NCBI RefSeq assembly: GCF_965641715.1
Contig: NZ_OZ282453.1
Strand: one strand, 5' to 3'
DNA length: 64,000 nt
Source of the DNA: Escherichia coli
GTDB taxonomy: Bacteria; Pseudomonadota; Gammaproteobacteria; Enterobacterales; Enterobacteriaceae
A model generated the notes under the pieces. The model ran no database searches, had not been told where the DNA came from, and worked only from the letters and a program-made list of their open reading frames with translations. Positions 1 to 10,932 of the stretch are shown here, one piece after another. The stretch's first letter is position 1, and each line of letters starts with the position of its first letter. The translations under genes and the position numbers were made by a program.

Positions 1-2
1 CG

Positions 3-554
3 CAGTTTGCAGAACAGATTAGTGGCGCTGTTGGTATTCCACTGGTGCGGTTGTTCGGACAGTCCCCGAAAGGATTTTCTACCGGTGATGCAGATCTTGC
101 CAACTATTACGACCGCATCAGTTCGTTGCAGGAGAGGCGTTTACGTCTTCCGGTGCGTCGGATACTGGACATCATGCATCGTTCGGAACTTGGCAAGCCG
201 CTCCCGGATGATTTCACGTTTGAGTTTAACCCGCTCTGGCAAATGTCTGATGTCGATCGCTCAACGGTGGCGTTAAACACCACCAACGCAATCAGTACGG
301 CGCTGGGTGATGGTCTGATGACACTGAAAGCCGCTATGACCGATTTGCGCGAAAATTCTGACGTAACCGGCATCGGGGCATCCATTACCGATGAGGACAT
401 AGAGAATGCCGAAGACGAAGCGCCGCCCGGCATCGGCGAACCTGATGACGAACCGCAGGAACCGTCAGGCGGAAATCCGCTATCGAACCAGCCTACGCAG
501 GATAGCGCGGGCGGTCGGAGACATCGTAAATGGTCGCTACGATGGTTCAAATGA
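3..554 (+). CDS. phage portal protein, C-terminal part (5' end outside window)
   Basis: Frame is open from the window start; acidic C-terminal tail; lies immediately upstream of a Mu gpF-like head morphogenesis gene as in many phage head modules. Confidence 0.4.
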   Translation, partial: QFAEQISGAVGIPLVRLFGQSPKGFSTGDADLANYYDRISSLQERRLRLPVRRILDIMHRSELGKPLPDDFTFEFNPLWQMSDVDRSTVALNTTNAISTALGDGLMTLKAAMTDLRENSDVTGIGASITDEDIENAEDEAPPGIGEPDDEPQEPSGGNPLSNQPTQDSAGGRRHRKWSLRWFK

Positions 555-1179
555 CAGTATCACGGAAATTATTGAGGCGCTGGAACGCTACAGTGAAATC
601 ATCACCCCTTGGGCGACAAAGGTCGCGGAAAACTTTACTGCCGACATTGTGCGCAAGAATGATGAGCAGTGGCGTAAACACAGCAAAACCATCAGCCGTG
701 AGCTCCGCAATCTGGTAAACAGTGCCCCGCCAGGGCAGGTGATGAAATCCATCGTTGCCGAACAGGTTAAGTACATCAAATCGCTACCCCTCGAGGCGGC
801 TGACAGGGTGTACGACATCCAGAATCGGGCGATTGAAGCTGTTGTGACCGGTGGGAGAGCGGAACATTTTGCTAAAGAAATAGCAGCATCGGGTGATATA
901 GCAAAGTCCAGAGCTGCCCTGATTGCCCGTACTGAACTTGGACGTGCAACCGGCGCGCTGGATCAGGCGCGTGCGCTGGCAATTGGTTCGAATGGTTATA
1001 TCTGGCGTACAGCCGAAGATGGTGATGTCAGGCATTCTCATCGGGAAATGGAAGGTAAATTTGTCGAATGGGGCAAACCTCCAACGCTTGACGGCATGAC
1101 AGGTCACGCTGGCGAGTTCCCGAATTGTCGCTGTTATAAAGAAATTGTTTTTCCCACCTCCCATTCTTACCCCGCCTGA
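406..1179 (+). CDS. phage head morphogenesis protein (Mu gpF-like)
   Basis: C-terminal motif WRTAEDGDVRHSH...LDG...FPNCRCY typical of the Phage_Mu_F family; position after portal. Confidence 0.65.
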   Translation: MPKTKRRPASANLMTNRRNRQAEIRYRTSLRRIARAVGDIVNGRYDGSNDSITEIIEALERYSEIITPWATKVAENFTADIVRKNDEQWRKHSKTISRELRNLVNSAPPGQVMKSIVAEQVKYIKSLPLEAADRVYDIQNRAIEAVVTGGRAEHFAKEIAASGDIAKSRAALIARTELGRATGALDQARALAIGSNGYIWRTAEDGDVRHSHREMEGKFVEWGKPPTLDGMTGHAGEFPNCRCYKEIVFPTSHSYPA

Positions 1180-1193
1180 ATCGCAGGTAACAC

Positions 1194-2414
1194 ATGAAAT
1201 ATTTTTTCAATACCCGGCTGGGGGAAACCCGCTATCAGCTGGCTGACGGCTCGTTGCTGTGCAAAGACGTGCCGATAGGACGAACAGGTAAGCAGCTCTA
1301 TGGTGCTGATGACCTGCCAAAACTGAAACCCGATAAGTTCGGTGAAATAGTCGTCACGCGTTCTCCTGAGCAGGTATTCCATCCCGCCACGCTTGCCTCA
1401 TTCGAAGGAATGAGTATCACGGTGTTGCATCCCGAGGATGAAAACGGGGATGTGCGGCTGGTGAATCCAGAGAACTGGAAAGAGCTCGCGGTCGGGCATC
1501 TTCAGAATGTCCGGCGCGGGACGGGTGTGCAGTCTGATTTGATGCTGGCTGACCTTATCGTCAAAGACGAAAACGCCATTCAGCTGATCGAAGATGGCCT
1601 GCGCGAAGTGTCGTGTGGCTATGACGCGGAATATAAGCAGACTGAGCCGGGTAAGGCTGAGCAGGTTGATATTACCGGAAACCATGTGGCTCTTGTCCCT
1701 AAAGGCAGAGCCGGAAATCGTTGTGCAATTGGAGACAGAGACACAATGGCAAATCAAAAGAAAAGCTGGTGGACCCGCATGCGCACGGCCATCAAAACGG
1801 GTGACGCTGACACCATGAACGAACTGGTGGAGTCGGCTCCCGCATCGGTTACAGGAGATGAGGGGGATTTGCCGCAGGGCGTTAATCTCAACATCAACCT
1901 GTCCCCGCAGCAACCGCTACCGGACAAAGCACCAGAGATGGGCGGAGGTCCAACCGGCGACAGTGATGATGACCTCAAAACATTACTGAAAGCCCTGCTG
2001 GCTAAGCTGGAAGGAAATGCGACGGGCGATAACGACAATAAGCCTGACGATAATCCGACCGGTGACGGCGAGGACGATGAAGAGGAAACCACGATTACTG
2101 GTGACTCAGCCTGGCGTGCCGAAGTTATCGTTCCAGGTATCGATCTGAGCCGTAAGATGAAACCGACCGCGTTCAAACGCGAGGTTCTGGCTTCTGCTGA
2201 CAAAACGCTGGTTCGCCAGATAGTCGGTGATGCGGATATCCGCAAATTACCGAAACAATCGGTCGACATGGCGTTTAATGCCGTGTCTGAGATTGCCAAA
2301 GGGCGAAACACCCGCGCCACCACCGGCGATGCACAGCGCCCAAACATGGGCATGACCAGTATCGCTTCCCTGAACAAACAAAACGCTGAATTCTGGGCAA
2401 ACCGTAAAGGGTAA
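1194..2414 (+). CDS. phage head scaffold/protease-like protein
   Basis: 406-aa ORF between head morphogenesis and capsid genes; acidic Asp/Glu-rich linker; family assignment (DUF2213-like) is from memory only. Confidence 0.4.
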   Translation: MKYFFNTRLGETRYQLADGSLLCKDVPIGRTGKQLYGADDLPKLKPDKFGEIVVTRSPEQVFHPATLASFEGMSITVLHPEDENGDVRLVNPENWKELAVGHLQNVRRGTGVQSDLMLADLIVKDENAIQLIEDGLREVSCGYDAEYKQTEPGKAEQVDITGNHVALVPKGRAGNRCAIGDRDTMANQKKSWWTRMRTAIKTGDADTMNELVESAPASVTGDEGDLPQGVNLNINLSPQQPLPDKAPEMGGGPTGDSDDDLKTLLKALLAKLEGNATGDNDNKPDDNPTGDGEDDEEETTITGDSAWRAEVIVPGIDLSRKMKPTAFKREVLASADKTLVRQIVGDADIRKLPKQSVDMAFNAVSEIAKGRNTRATTGDAQRPNMGMTSIASLNKQNAEFWANRKG

Positions 2415-2417
2415 AAA

Positions 2418-2924
2418 ATGAATAATGTATTTCTGTACCGGATGCCTGTTGGCATTGCCGGGGCCGTCTCTCGCCCGCAGGACTTAACCGTCGAACCGGT
2501 GGTCCTTAAATCCGATAACGCCTTCGCTGCCTATGGGCTGGCTGGTAAATACGATGATGACGGTTTTTTTGTACCGCTGGCAGATGGTGATACCGCAGAC
2601 AAGGTGAAGGGGATCTACGTGCGCCCTTATCCGACCATTTCGCAGCCGGACATGGTTCGCCAGGTGGGGAGTGGCAAGAACTTCCCGGGCGACGCCATGA
2701 AGCGTGGCTACGTGACCGTTAATCTCGGTTCTGATTTTGATGCCAGCACCATCAAAAAAGGCGACCCGGTATACGTTGTCGTCTCCACTGATGAATCCAT
2801 CAAAGTGCCGCTGGGTGGATTCATGTCCACGTCAGTCAGTGGCAAAAACGTGGTGCTGACCAACGCTGAATTCACAGGTGCCGGTGATGCTGACGGCAAT
2901 GCAGAAATTTCCTGGAAGATTTAA
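2418..2924 (+). CDS. phage structural protein (possible head decoration)
   Basis: 168-aa ORF tightly packed between scaffold-like and capsid genes. Confidence 0.35.
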   Translation: MNNVFLYRMPVGIAGAVSRPQDLTVEPVVLKSDNAFAAYGLAGKYDDDGFFVPLADGDTADKVKGIYVRPYPTISQPDMVRQVGSGKNFPGDAMKRGYVTVNLGSDFDASTIKKGDPVYVVVSTDESIKVPLGGFMSTSVSGKNVVLTNAEFTGAGDADGNAEISWKI

Positions 2925-2935
2925 GGAACAGACGA

Positions 2936-3877
2936 ATGATTACTTTTGATCAGGCAACCGTTGACAGCTCTGGTGCCTTTCTCATCGGGGAGCTGGAGCG
3001 ACTCGACCAGACGCTGAACCTGCCACTGGTGGGGTACACCTGGAGCCGCGATATTCAACTGCGTGAAGACGTCTCCATCGCAGATGACATTTCCAGCTGG
3101 ACGAATACCAGCTTCGCCGCTGCGGGTACTGGCGCAAATCCGAATGGAAAAAACTGGGTAGGCAAAGACTCAACCGCTATTGCTGGCGTGAACGTGGATA
3201 TCGGCAAATCCGGTAACCCGCTGAACCTGTGGGGGATGGAACTTGGCTGGACGGTCATAGAATTGCAGGCTGCTCAGCAGGTCGGCCGCCCGATTGATAC
3301 GCAGAAGTATGACGGTATGCAACTGAAATGGCAGATGGATAACGATGAACAGGTATATGTTGGCGATTCAGCATTAAACCTGAAAGGCCTTGTTACCCTG
3401 GACGGCGTGCCTGTCAACAACGCTGCCAAAACGTGGGCAACCTCAACACCGGACGAAATCCGCGCAAGCATTAACCAGGTGCTGTCTGATGCGTGGGCCG
3501 CTTCTGGTTACTCTGTGGTTCCGCGTGATTTGCTGATCCCGCCTGAGCAGTTTGCTCTGTTGTCCAGCATTATCGTTTCATCTGCGGGTAACCAGTCCCT
3601 GTTGACATACCTTCAGACCAACACCATCAGCTATCACCAGAACGGTGTTCCGCTGAATATCCGCGCGGTTAAATGGCTGAAAGGCCGTGGTGTGGGGAAT
3701 AAGGATCGCATGGTTGCGTACACCAACGATAAAAAATACGTCCGCTACCCGCTGGTTCCGCTTCAGAGCGTGCCGGTGCAATATCGCGGTCTGTATCAGA
3801 TCGTCACTTACTACGGCAAGCTGGGTGCAGTCGAGCCAGTGTACAAAGAAACCATTTCGTACGTTGATGGCATTTAA
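2936..3877 (+). CDS. phage major capsid protein
   Basis: 313-aa ORF in the canonical capsid position with RBS GGAACAGACGAATG; size and composition typical of a major capsid protein. Confidence 0.5.
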   Translation: MITFDQATVDSSGAFLIGELERLDQTLNLPLVGYTWSRDIQLREDVSIADDISSWTNTSFAAAGTGANPNGKNWVGKDSTAIAGVNVDIGKSGNPLNLWGMELGWTVIELQAAQQVGRPIDTQKYDGMQLKWQMDNDEQVYVGDSALNLKGLVTLDGVPVNNAAKTWATSTPDEIRASINQVLSDAWAASGYSVVPRDLLIPPEQFALLSSIIVSSAGNQSLLTYLQTNTISYHQNGVPLNIRAVKWLKGRGVGNKDRMVAYTNDKKYVRYPLVPLQSVPVQYRGLYQIVTYYGKLGAVEPVYKETISYVDGI

Positions 3878-3918
3878 CAGCCATATGGCCCCCTGGCGGG
3901 GCCATTAAGGATGACCCG

Positions 3919-4140
3919 ATGGCAAAAAATAATGCAGTAATACACGTACATACCCCGTTTGTGCTCACGCTTCCCGACGGTTCGCGGCGCGAGTTTGTTA
4001 AAGGCCGTCATGCTGTGGAGGAAGACGTTGCCACGCACTGGTTCACTCGTGCGCACGCGGAAGTATCCGTTGGCAAAGCCACAGACGCGCGTAACGAGGT
4101 AAAAAATGCCAAAGAATCAAAGTCTGCCAGCGGTAAGTGA
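3919..4140 (+). CDS. hypothetical phage protein
   Basis: 73-aa ORF in the head-tail joining region. Confidence 0.3.
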   Translation: MAKNNAVIHVHTPFVLTLPDGSRREFVKGRHAVEEDVATHWFTRAHAEVSVGKATDARNEVKNAKESKSASGK

Positions 4141-4513
4141 TTTTCGCCGCGACTTCCCGCAGTTTGCTGACCCTGCCAAATATCCCGAAGCGCAAATCCA
4201 GTTTCGTCTGAATCTGGCCGATGAACTGCTGAGCGAAAACGTCACCAGCAAAAAGTTGTTTCCGTACTTTGCCGGATTGTTCGTTGCACACTACATGACG
4301 CTCTGGGCGGCAGACATCCGGGCGATGCTGGCTGGCGGGCCGGGCGGTTCAACCAATGGTGTTCAGTCCTCAAAGTCCGTGGATAAGGTAAGCGTCAGTT
4401 ATGACACCAGCGCGACGCTGAATCCTGATGCAGGTTTCTGGAATAACACCCGATATGGCGCTGAATTTTATCAGTTGATCACGATGTTCGGTGCAGGTGG
4501 TCGCCAGCTATGA
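4106..4513 (+). CDS. phage head-tail adaptor-like protein
   Basis: 135-aa ORF overlapping its neighbours, co-oriented in the head-tail joining block. Confidence 0.35.
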   Translation: MPKNQSLPAVSDFRRDFPQFADPAKYPEAQIQFRLNLADELLSENVTSKKLFPYFAGLFVAHYMTLWAADIRAMLAGGPGGSTNGVQSSKSVDKVSVSYDTSATLNPDAGFWNNTRYGAEFYQLITMFGAGGRQL

Positions 4514-5064
4514 GTTTCAAAAGCGGTGTAACAACGAGGGTGGATAACGCTAAGGCCATTCTGGATGCGCTCAGGTCGTTAACCAAAAAAGATGTGCTGG
4601 TCGGCATCCCTTCGGAAGACAGCGAGCGGGATGATGTTCCGTTTGGTAATGCGGGCATCGGTTACCTCAACGAATACGGCTCACCAGAGCAGAACATCCC
4701 GCCACGACCTCACCTGGTCCCCGGCGTTAAATCGGCAGAAGAGCAGACGGTGCCGCAGCTCAAAGCCGCGGCGCAGGCTGCACTTGATGGTAATGCTGCG
4801 GGAGCAGAAAGCGCACTCAACCGTGCCGGAACACTGGCCGCTAATGGCGTCAGGCGTTACATGACCATTACCGGCTTTACGCCGCTTGCTGACAGTACTG
4901 TTGAAGCCCGGGCTCGTCGGGGGCGCAAGGGGGCAACACTGGAACTTGCCCGGCGTGCTGCTGGCGAATCTCCGGGAACCGAACTGGCGAAACCATTAAT
5001 TGATACCGGGCAATATCGCAGAGCTATTACCCATGTTGTGAGGGATAAAGATGCCGACTCTTGA
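4510..5064 (+). CDS. phage head-tail joining protein
   Basis: 184-aa ORF; start overlaps upstream stop (ATGA). Confidence 0.35.
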   Translation: MSFKSGVTTRVDNAKAILDALRSLTKKDVLVGIPSEDSERDDVPFGNAGIGYLNEYGSPEQNIPPRPHLVPGVKSAEEQTVPQLKAAAQAALDGNAAGAESALNRAGTLAANGVRRYMTITGFTPLADSTVEARARRGRKGATLELARRAAGESPGTELAKPLIDTGQYRRAITHVVRDKDADS

Positions 5065-5440
5065 TGTAACAGATGTGCTTTTTGACCCCGATTTTTGCGA
5101 CTTCAATTTGTGGGTAACACGCCGTGTGCAAACGGTGGATGAGGACGGGATCGGCAGCGACAGCGAAGTTAAAAAGCAGTTTGCCGGAGTCGTAACTGTT
5201 GATCGCTCTCTGGAAAACCGTCGTATGCAGGCCGGGCAGGTAATCAGTGGTGCAATTCTGATTGTGACGACTGAGCGACTGACGCAGGGACAGACTGGCC
5301 GTGATGCCGATATCGTGACGTATCAGGGCCGTGATTATCGTGTGACTTTCGTCGACCCGTATACAGCGTATGGTGCCGGATTCGTTCAGGCGCATTGTGA
5401 GTTGCTGCCGTTTGATGGGGGAATTCCGGTTGAGCAATAA
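5051..5440 (+). CDS. phage head-tail joining protein
   Basis: 129-aa ORF in the same co-oriented block. Confidence 0.35.
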   Translation: MPTLDVTDVLFDPDFCDFNLWVTRRVQTVDEDGIGSDSEVKKQFAGVVTVDRSLENRRMQAGQVISGAILIVTTERLTQGQTGRDADIVTYQGRDYRVTFVDPYTAYGAGFVQAHCELLPFDGGIPVEQ

Positions 5441-5978
5441 CACCAGCACAGAGCGCGGATGGCTGATACCAACCAGTGGCGATCCGGATTATGACGAAGC
5501 GCTCGACAGGCTGTTAAGCCAGTGGATGCGTAACGTTTCCGGTCTGTCTGCCGGGATGGTTCGTCCGCGCTGGCAGAAAGAGCAACCGCCACTGCTACCG
5601 GCTGAAACGAACTGGTGTGCGTTTGGGGTTATCGGATGGTCAGGTGATGACAGTCCGGCATTCACCAGACAGACCGATGATGGCTCTCAGCTCTGGCGGC
5701 ATGAAACGATTGAGTGTATGGCTTCGTTTTATGGTCCGGCGGGGATGGTGTATGCGTTCCGGTTTCGTGACGGTATATCTGTACCGCAGAACAACGCAGC
5801 ACTGAATGCGCTGGGGCTGTCTCTTGGCGATTACACAGGTCTGACTCCCTTCCCTGAACTTATTAATCAGCAATGGGTCCGCCGCTACGATATGACGGTG
5901 CGTCTGCGCCGGAAGGTTGTGCGCGAGTACGGTATTAAATCGCTGGTGGAAGCACCAGTCATCTTTTTCGGAGATTAA
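5370..5978 (+). CDS. phage tail completion-like protein (start uncertain, possibly TTG at 5430)
   Basis: ORF directly upstream of the sheath-like gene; alternative TTG start with GGGGGAA RBS. Confidence 0.3.
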   Translation: MVPDSFRRIVSCCRLMGEFRLSNNTSTERGWLIPTSGDPDYDEALDRLLSQWMRNVSGLSAGMVRPRWQKEQPPLLPAETNWCAFGVIGWSGDDSPAFTRQTDDGSQLWRHETIECMASFYGPAGMVYAFRFRDGISVPQNNAALNALGLSLGDYTGLTPFPELINQQWVRRYDMTVRLRRKVVREYGIKSLVEAPVIFFGD

Positions 5979-5981
5979 GCT

Positions 5982-7127
5982 ATGGCACAGGGCTTGCCTG
6001 TATCAAACGTTGTTAATGTTGATGTGATCATGTCGCCGCGTGCAGCATCAGGGCGAAATTTTGGTGCATTACTCATTCTCGGCCCGTCCACAATCATTCC
6101 GGTAAGTGAGCGCATTCGCCGTTATTCTGCCGCGGAAGATATTGGAAAAGATTTTGGCGTGGAATCACCAGAATATAAGGCTGCGCAGGTGTTTTTCTCT
6201 CAATCAACGAAACCTCAGGAGGTTTTTGTTGGTCGTTGGGTGAAAACGAAGGGAGACAGCGAACAGGCCACGCCTGAGACGCTGGAGCAGGCTGTGAATG
6301 CCATGCTCGATTATACTTCATGGTATGGGCTGGGGATTGCAGACGATGAAGATATTCCGGATGCAGACTGGCTGAAAGTGGCTGCGGCGATCGAATCCTC
6401 TTCTGTAAGCCGTATTCTGGCGATTACGACAAGCGATGAGAAATGCCTGCAGACTGCATCCAGCGATGATTTGGCATCAAAACTGAAAACCGCCGGATAT
6501 TCACGCAGTTTTATTCAGTATTCATCGGGTAATAAATACGCTGCGTTATCTGCATTTGGCCGGGCATTCACGGTTAATTTCAATGGCAGTAATACCGCGA
6601 TTACGCTCAAGTTTAAGCAGGAGCCGGGTGTCGGGTATGAAACACTGACAGTCAGCCAGGCATCGGCACTTGATGCAAAAAACTGCAATGTGTTCGTGTA
6701 CTACCAGAATGATACAGCTATCCTCCAGCAGGGAGTGATGGCTAACGGCGATTTCTTTGATGAACGCCACGGCCTGGACTGGTTACAGAATTATGTGCAG
6801 ACCAACCTCTATAACCTGCTTTATACCAGCACCACGAAAGTTCCCCAGACTGAAGCCGGTATTACCCGACTGTTATCAAATGTAGAAAAATCACTGGATC
6901 AGGCCGTTCAGAATGGACTGATTGCTCCGGGCGTATGGAACGGTGGCGACCTTGGTCAGTTGTCATCAGGTGACACGCTGCCCAAAGGTTATTACGTATA
7001 CGCCCAGCCGCTGGATGAACAGGCACAATCAGAACGTGAAGCCCGTAAGGCTCCGGTGATTCAGGCTGCAATAAAACTTGCAGGCGCGGTTCATTACGCT
7101 GACGTACAGATTAACGTTGTTCGCTAA
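5982..7127 (+). CDS. phage tail sheath-like protein
   Basis: 381-aa ORF immediately before tube-like and chaperone genes; order sheath-tube-chaperone-tape measure. Confidence 0.5.
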   Translation: MAQGLPVSNVVNVDVIMSPRAASGRNFGALLILGPSTIIPVSERIRRYSAAEDIGKDFGVESPEYKAAQVFFSQSTKPQEVFVGRWVKTKGDSEQATPETLEQAVNAMLDYTSWYGLGIADDEDIPDADWLKVAAAIESSSVSRILAITTSDEKCLQTASSDDLASKLKTAGYSRSFIQYSSGNKYAALSAFGRAFTVNFNGSNTAITLKFKQEPGVGYETLTVSQASALDAKNCNVFVYYQNDTAILQQGVMANGDFFDERHGLDWLQNYVQTNLYNLLYTSTTKVPQTEAGITRLLSNVEKSLDQAVQNGLIAPGVWNGGDLGQLSSGDTLPKGYYVYAQPLDEQAQSEREARKAPVIQAAIKLAGAVHYADVQINVVR

Positions 7128-7137
7128 GGGGAAGTGA

Positions 7138-7578
7138 ATGTCTACCTATTCTTTTATGGATGTCACTGCGACGCTGACCGGCCCGACCGGTTCGATTGAC
7201 CTCGGGTACGGTTCTGCAAGTTCTGAAGAGGGGATTGTGGTTGCGATGGGCGGTCCTAAAAACACCATGATCATCGGTGCTGATGGCGAAGTGATGCACA
7301 GTCTCCATGCAGATAAAAGCGGGACGATCACCGTTAACCTTCTGAAGACATCACCGACAAATAAAAAATTGTCGCTGGCGTATAACGCACAGAGCCAGTC
7401 TTCTGCCACATGGGGGAATAACGTTATTGTGATCCGAAACAAGGTCAGCGGCGACATCATCACGGCACGTAGTGTTGCGTTCCAGAAACAACCGGATAAT
7501 GCCAACGCTAAAACCGGTAATACGATGCCGTGGGTGTTTGACTGCGGCAAGATTGACCAGGTTCTCGGGGAGTTTTAA
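7138..7578 (+). CDS. phage tail tube-like protein
   Basis: 146-aa ORF between sheath-like gene and tail assembly chaperone. Confidence 0.5.
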   Translation: MSTYSFMDVTATLTGPTGSIDLGYGSASSEEGIVVAMGGPKNTMIIGADGEVMHSLHADKSGTITVNLLKTSPTNKKLSLAYNAQSQSSATWGNNVIVIRNKVSGDIITARSVAFQKQPDNANAKTGNTMPWVFDCGKIDQVLGEF

Positions 7579-7581
7579 TAC

Positions 7582-8034
7582 ATGGAATTCGAAATCAAAG
7601 GCGTGAAATATCGCGTGGCAAAACTCAGCGTTTTTGACCAGCTGAAAGTGACCCGCAAACTTCTGCCGGTACTGGCGGGAATGATGTCAGATTTCGGGAG
7701 CATTCGCTCCCTGTTGCCTGCTGATGGCAAAATCGACACCGTGAAATTCGATCAGTTGAAACCGGTATTTGAAACCCTGCTTCCGCGTATCGCTGAGGAA
7801 CTGTCTTCCCTGACTGAAGAAGACACCAACGCGATTATTCATCCGTGCCTGGCCGTAGTATCACGTAAGCACATGGACGGATGGACGCCGGTATTTAAAA
7901 GCGGTCAGCTGATGTTCGATGATATCGACCTGCTAACCATGCTGCAGCTGGTGGCGCGGGTGGTCGCCGATTCGCTGGGAAATTTTTTGCCCGTGAGCCC
8001 TACCAGCCCGACGCCGGGCCAGCTTCAGGGTTGA
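7582..8034 (+). CDS. phage tail assembly chaperone
   Basis: 150-aa acidic protein directly upstream of the tape-measure gene; contains slippery heptamer T TTT TTG near its 3' end. Confidence 0.5.
   Translation: MEFEIKGVKYRVAKLSVFDQLKVTRKLLPVLAGMMSDFGSIRSLLPADGKIDTVKFDQLKPVFETLLPRIAEELSSLTEEDTNAIIHPCLAVVSRKHMDGWTPVFKSGQLMFDDIDLLTMLQLVARVVADSLGNFLPVSPTSPTPGQLQG
7983..7989 (+). promoter_or_regulatory. putative -1 programmed ribosomal frameshift site (T TTT TTG)
   Basis: Heptamer identical to the one in the P2-like E gene at 59153..59159; the -1 frame is open from here to 8222. Confidence 0.45.
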
Positions 8035-8222
8035 CCCTCAACAGCCTACCAGACGGGCTGTCTTATCTCCTTGACCCGGTTGATGCCGGGTTAATCCCTT
8101 ATTACGCGCTGAAGGATGGATCAATCGATCTGTGCGATATCGCGCTGATGAATGACCACCTGGCCGTTAAGGCTGACAACCAGCGCCGTATAGAGAAATG
8201 GAGAGAGGATAATGAACGCTGA
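8031..8222 (+). CDS. frameshift extension of tail assembly chaperone (-1 frame)
   Basis: -1 frame relative to 7582..8034, open across the slippery site. Confidence 0.4.
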   Translation: MTLNSLPDGLSYLLDPVDAGLIPYYALKDGSIDLCDIALMNDHLAVKADNQRRIEKWREDNER

Positions 8223-9582
8223 GACTATTAAAGATTTCCTCGTCTCGCTTGGTTTCGATATCGACGAAGCTGGCGCGGAAAAGTTCGATTCAGTCCTGGC
8301 CGGCACGACCGCAAACGCTATCAAAATGGGGCTGGCCGTCGAAGGTGCCGCGCTTACCGTGGTGGCCTTCACGGCTAAGATCGCCTCCGGTCTGGATAAT
8401 CTCTACTGGGCGTCACAGCGCACTGGCGCGACGGTACAGGGGATTCAGTCTATTGGCTATGCGGTTTCCCAAGTGGGCGGCAGCGTAGACGCGGCGCGCT
8501 CCTCTCTGGAAAGCCTCTCCCGATTTGTGCGTAACAATCCCGGCGCGGAAGGCTTCCTGAATCGCCTGGGCGTACAGACCCGTGACGCCAGCGGTAACAT
8601 GCGTGACATGGCCGCTATCTTTACGGGTGTCGGCCAGAAGCTCAGCAGCATGCCGTACTACCGGGCTAACCAGTATGCGCAGATGCTGGGGATTGACGAA
8701 AACACCCTCATGGCGATGCGCCGGGGTGTGGGCGGTTTCTCCGGGCACTACAGCGCAATGGCGAAGGCTATCGGCTTTAATGCTGACGAGGCGGCCAGAA
8801 GCTCCAATAAGTTCATGACTTCTCTGCGCGAGTTCGGCGCGATGGCAGGCATGGCCCGTGACAAAATCGGCTCTAATCTTGCTGGTGGTCTGGCGGGTTC
8901 GCTGGACACGCTGCGCCGTCATATTCTGGATAATTTCCCGCGCATCGAGCAGACCCTGACGAAAGCCATAAAAGGCATTCTGGCGCTCGGGGACATCATC
9001 GGGCGGTTGTTCTTCCGGCTTATTGAGGGGACATCCAGCCTTATTACCTGGTGGCAATCGCTGGATAAGCAAACCCGGGAGCTGATCTCGCTGTTTGGCG
9101 CACTGACGATTGCGCTGCGCATTCTGAACAGTACGTTCTGGATGTCGCCGGTTGGCCTCATTACCGCGCTGGCGGCGGGGATTGCCCTCCTGTGGGAGGA
9201 CTATCAGACCTGGAAGGAAGGCGGCGACAGCCTGATTGACTGGGGCAAGTGGAAACCGGAGGTCGATGCCGCGCTGAAGATGGTTCGTGACCTTAAAACG
9301 ACCGTTAACGATCTGGCGAAAGCGCTGGCGAAACTACTCAATATTGACCCCAAATCATGGTCCCTGAAGTGGGATTTCAGCAACTTCATCGACCAGATGG
9401 GCGAATTCAGCAAAATGCTGAACATGATCGCCGACCTGCTCAACGCTATCAAAGATGGACGCTGGGCTGATGCCGTCAGCATCGGCAAACAGATACTTAA
9501 TCAGGGCAGCGAAAATCCGTCAGCGATGCCGATGGTTACAGACAGCGCTAACAGTACTGCCGACTGGATTAAAGAGCACTGG

Positions 9583-9593
9583 GGATTCGATCC
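9583..9593. repeat. IS186 target-site duplication, left copy (GGATTCGATCC)
   Basis: 11 bp identical to 10933..10943, directly flanking the IS inverted repeats. Confidence 0.7.
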
Positions 9594-10932
9594 CATAAGC
9601 GCTAACTTAAGGGTTGAACCATCTGAAGAATGCGACGCCTCGGTGCCTCGTTAAGACGATGCCTCGCGTTCTTCAATTGCGTTTTGTAGGCTGTCAGGGA
9701 TACTGTCCCACGAATGGCCACCTGTAAGCTCCAGATGACCATTTTTGTTATTCTCCACAACGAGTTAGTTCTTCTTTTCGGATCCGGCACTTCTGGGGGG
9801 GAAATCCAGCGATGGCTGGATTATGTCGTCAATTAAAAATGCGGCGAGTAGATTAGCAAATATCCACGCTTTCGCGAGTTCAGGTTCCTTTGCACGCAAA
9901 GCATCCAGGTGCAGCAAACTTTTGAGCCGCTTAAAAGCCAGTTCAATTTGCCATCGCAGACGGTAACAATCAGCCACTTGCTCTGCTGAATATTCATCTT
10001 CCGGTAATGATGTTAGCAATAGCACATGGCCCGCTGCTTCCAGCGTTTCCGCCTGAACTACTCGTCCTTTTCGACGATTCTCGCTGAGCAGTCGGGTTTT
10101 ACTGATTAATGCTTTTTCGGGAGGAAGTGATACGGCAATGAGACGTGCCGGAAAGGGAGCTCCGGCTTTTTTATTACCTGAATTGCCTATCATTACAGTG
10201 GTTTCACCGTTCTTACCGCAATCCAGCCCGCGCAGAAAACCCATCATGTCAAAGCGCATTCCTTCTGCAGTTAACCAGCGCAATCCTCGCCAGTGAACCC
10301 GGACGATATAATCAGCTTCTCCAAAAGCAAGTGAGCGGATACATTCGGGACGCGAACCGAATCCCCGGTCAGCAATGCGTATCTCGTCTGCCGTTTGCGC
10401 AAATCGGTCCAGCCGTTCAGCGTCTCTGCTGTCGGTTAGCTCAAAATCAGTGAACTGACAGGTATGAGGATCATATCCCATATGTAGTCGCCATTCAGCG
10501 CTGCCGCCCCCGGGCGCACTGATTGCTGTTCCATCGACAAGACGCAATCTCTTTCCGCTTGTACAACCCGTAACTGCGGCGCGTACAGCAAGTGTTTGTG
10601 CGGCAAGTATGCCAAACCAGTCGGCGGCATTCCGCAGCCGCTTCAGGAGAGCCACGTCAGATAATGTTGCAACGTCATGGAGCTGAGCCCATGCAGTGAC
10701 TTCACGTAATGACATCCCCCCGGGGCCGTAAGCCAGCCCCAGACGTAGCAGAGTTGCAGCATCACGAATTTCGCGGCGGCGGGTTAGAGCCCCGGCATTA
10801 CGTGCCGAAGTATCCAGTTCTTCGGGCTTACCAATATGGGCCAGAATTGCTGACCAGTTATCGTGAGAGTAATTCATCGGCACGTTAAATCATATCAGGC
10901 GTAATACCACAACCCTTAAGTTAGCGCTTATG
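9594..10932 (-). mobile_element. IS186 insertion sequence
   Basis: 23-bp perfect terminal inverted repeats CATAAGCGCTAACTTAAGGGTTG (9594..9616 and reverse complement 10910..10932) around a 372-aa IS4-family transposase. Confidence 0.85.
9765..10883 (-). CDS. insL: IS186 transposase
   Basis: 372-aa ORF beginning MPMNYSHDNWSAILAHIGKPEELD..., recognised as IS186 InsL. Confidence 0.8.
   Translation of the reverse strand: MPMNYSHDNWSAILAHIGKPEELDTSARNAGALTRRREIRDAATLLRLGLAYGPGGMSLREVTAWAQLHDVATLSDVALLKRLRNAADWFGILAAQTLAVRAAVTGCTSGKRLRLVDGTAISAPGGGSAEWRLHMGYDPHTCQFTDFELTDSRDAERLDRFAQTADEIRIADRGFGSRPECIRSLAFGEADYIVRVHWRGLRWLTAEGMRFDMMGFLRGLDCGKNGETTVMIGNSGNKKAGAPFPARLIAVSLPPEKALISKTRLLSENRRKGRVVQAETLEAAGHVLLLTSLPEDEYSAEQVADCYRLRWQIELAFKRLKSLLHLDALRAKEPELAKAWIFANLLAAFLIDDIIQPSLDFPPRSAGSEKKN

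Noticed and set aside
107-550. Minus-strand ORFs antisense to phage head genes (107..550, 784..1164, 1754..2455 and similar)
   Set aside because: They lie wholly inside longer, better-supported plus-strand genes, have no RBS and have low-complexity Ser/Pro/Arg-rich translations typical of shadow ORFs in GC-rich coding sequence.
10145-10453. 102-aa plus-strand ORF inside IS186
   Set aside because: Antisense to the IS186 transposase; no independent support.
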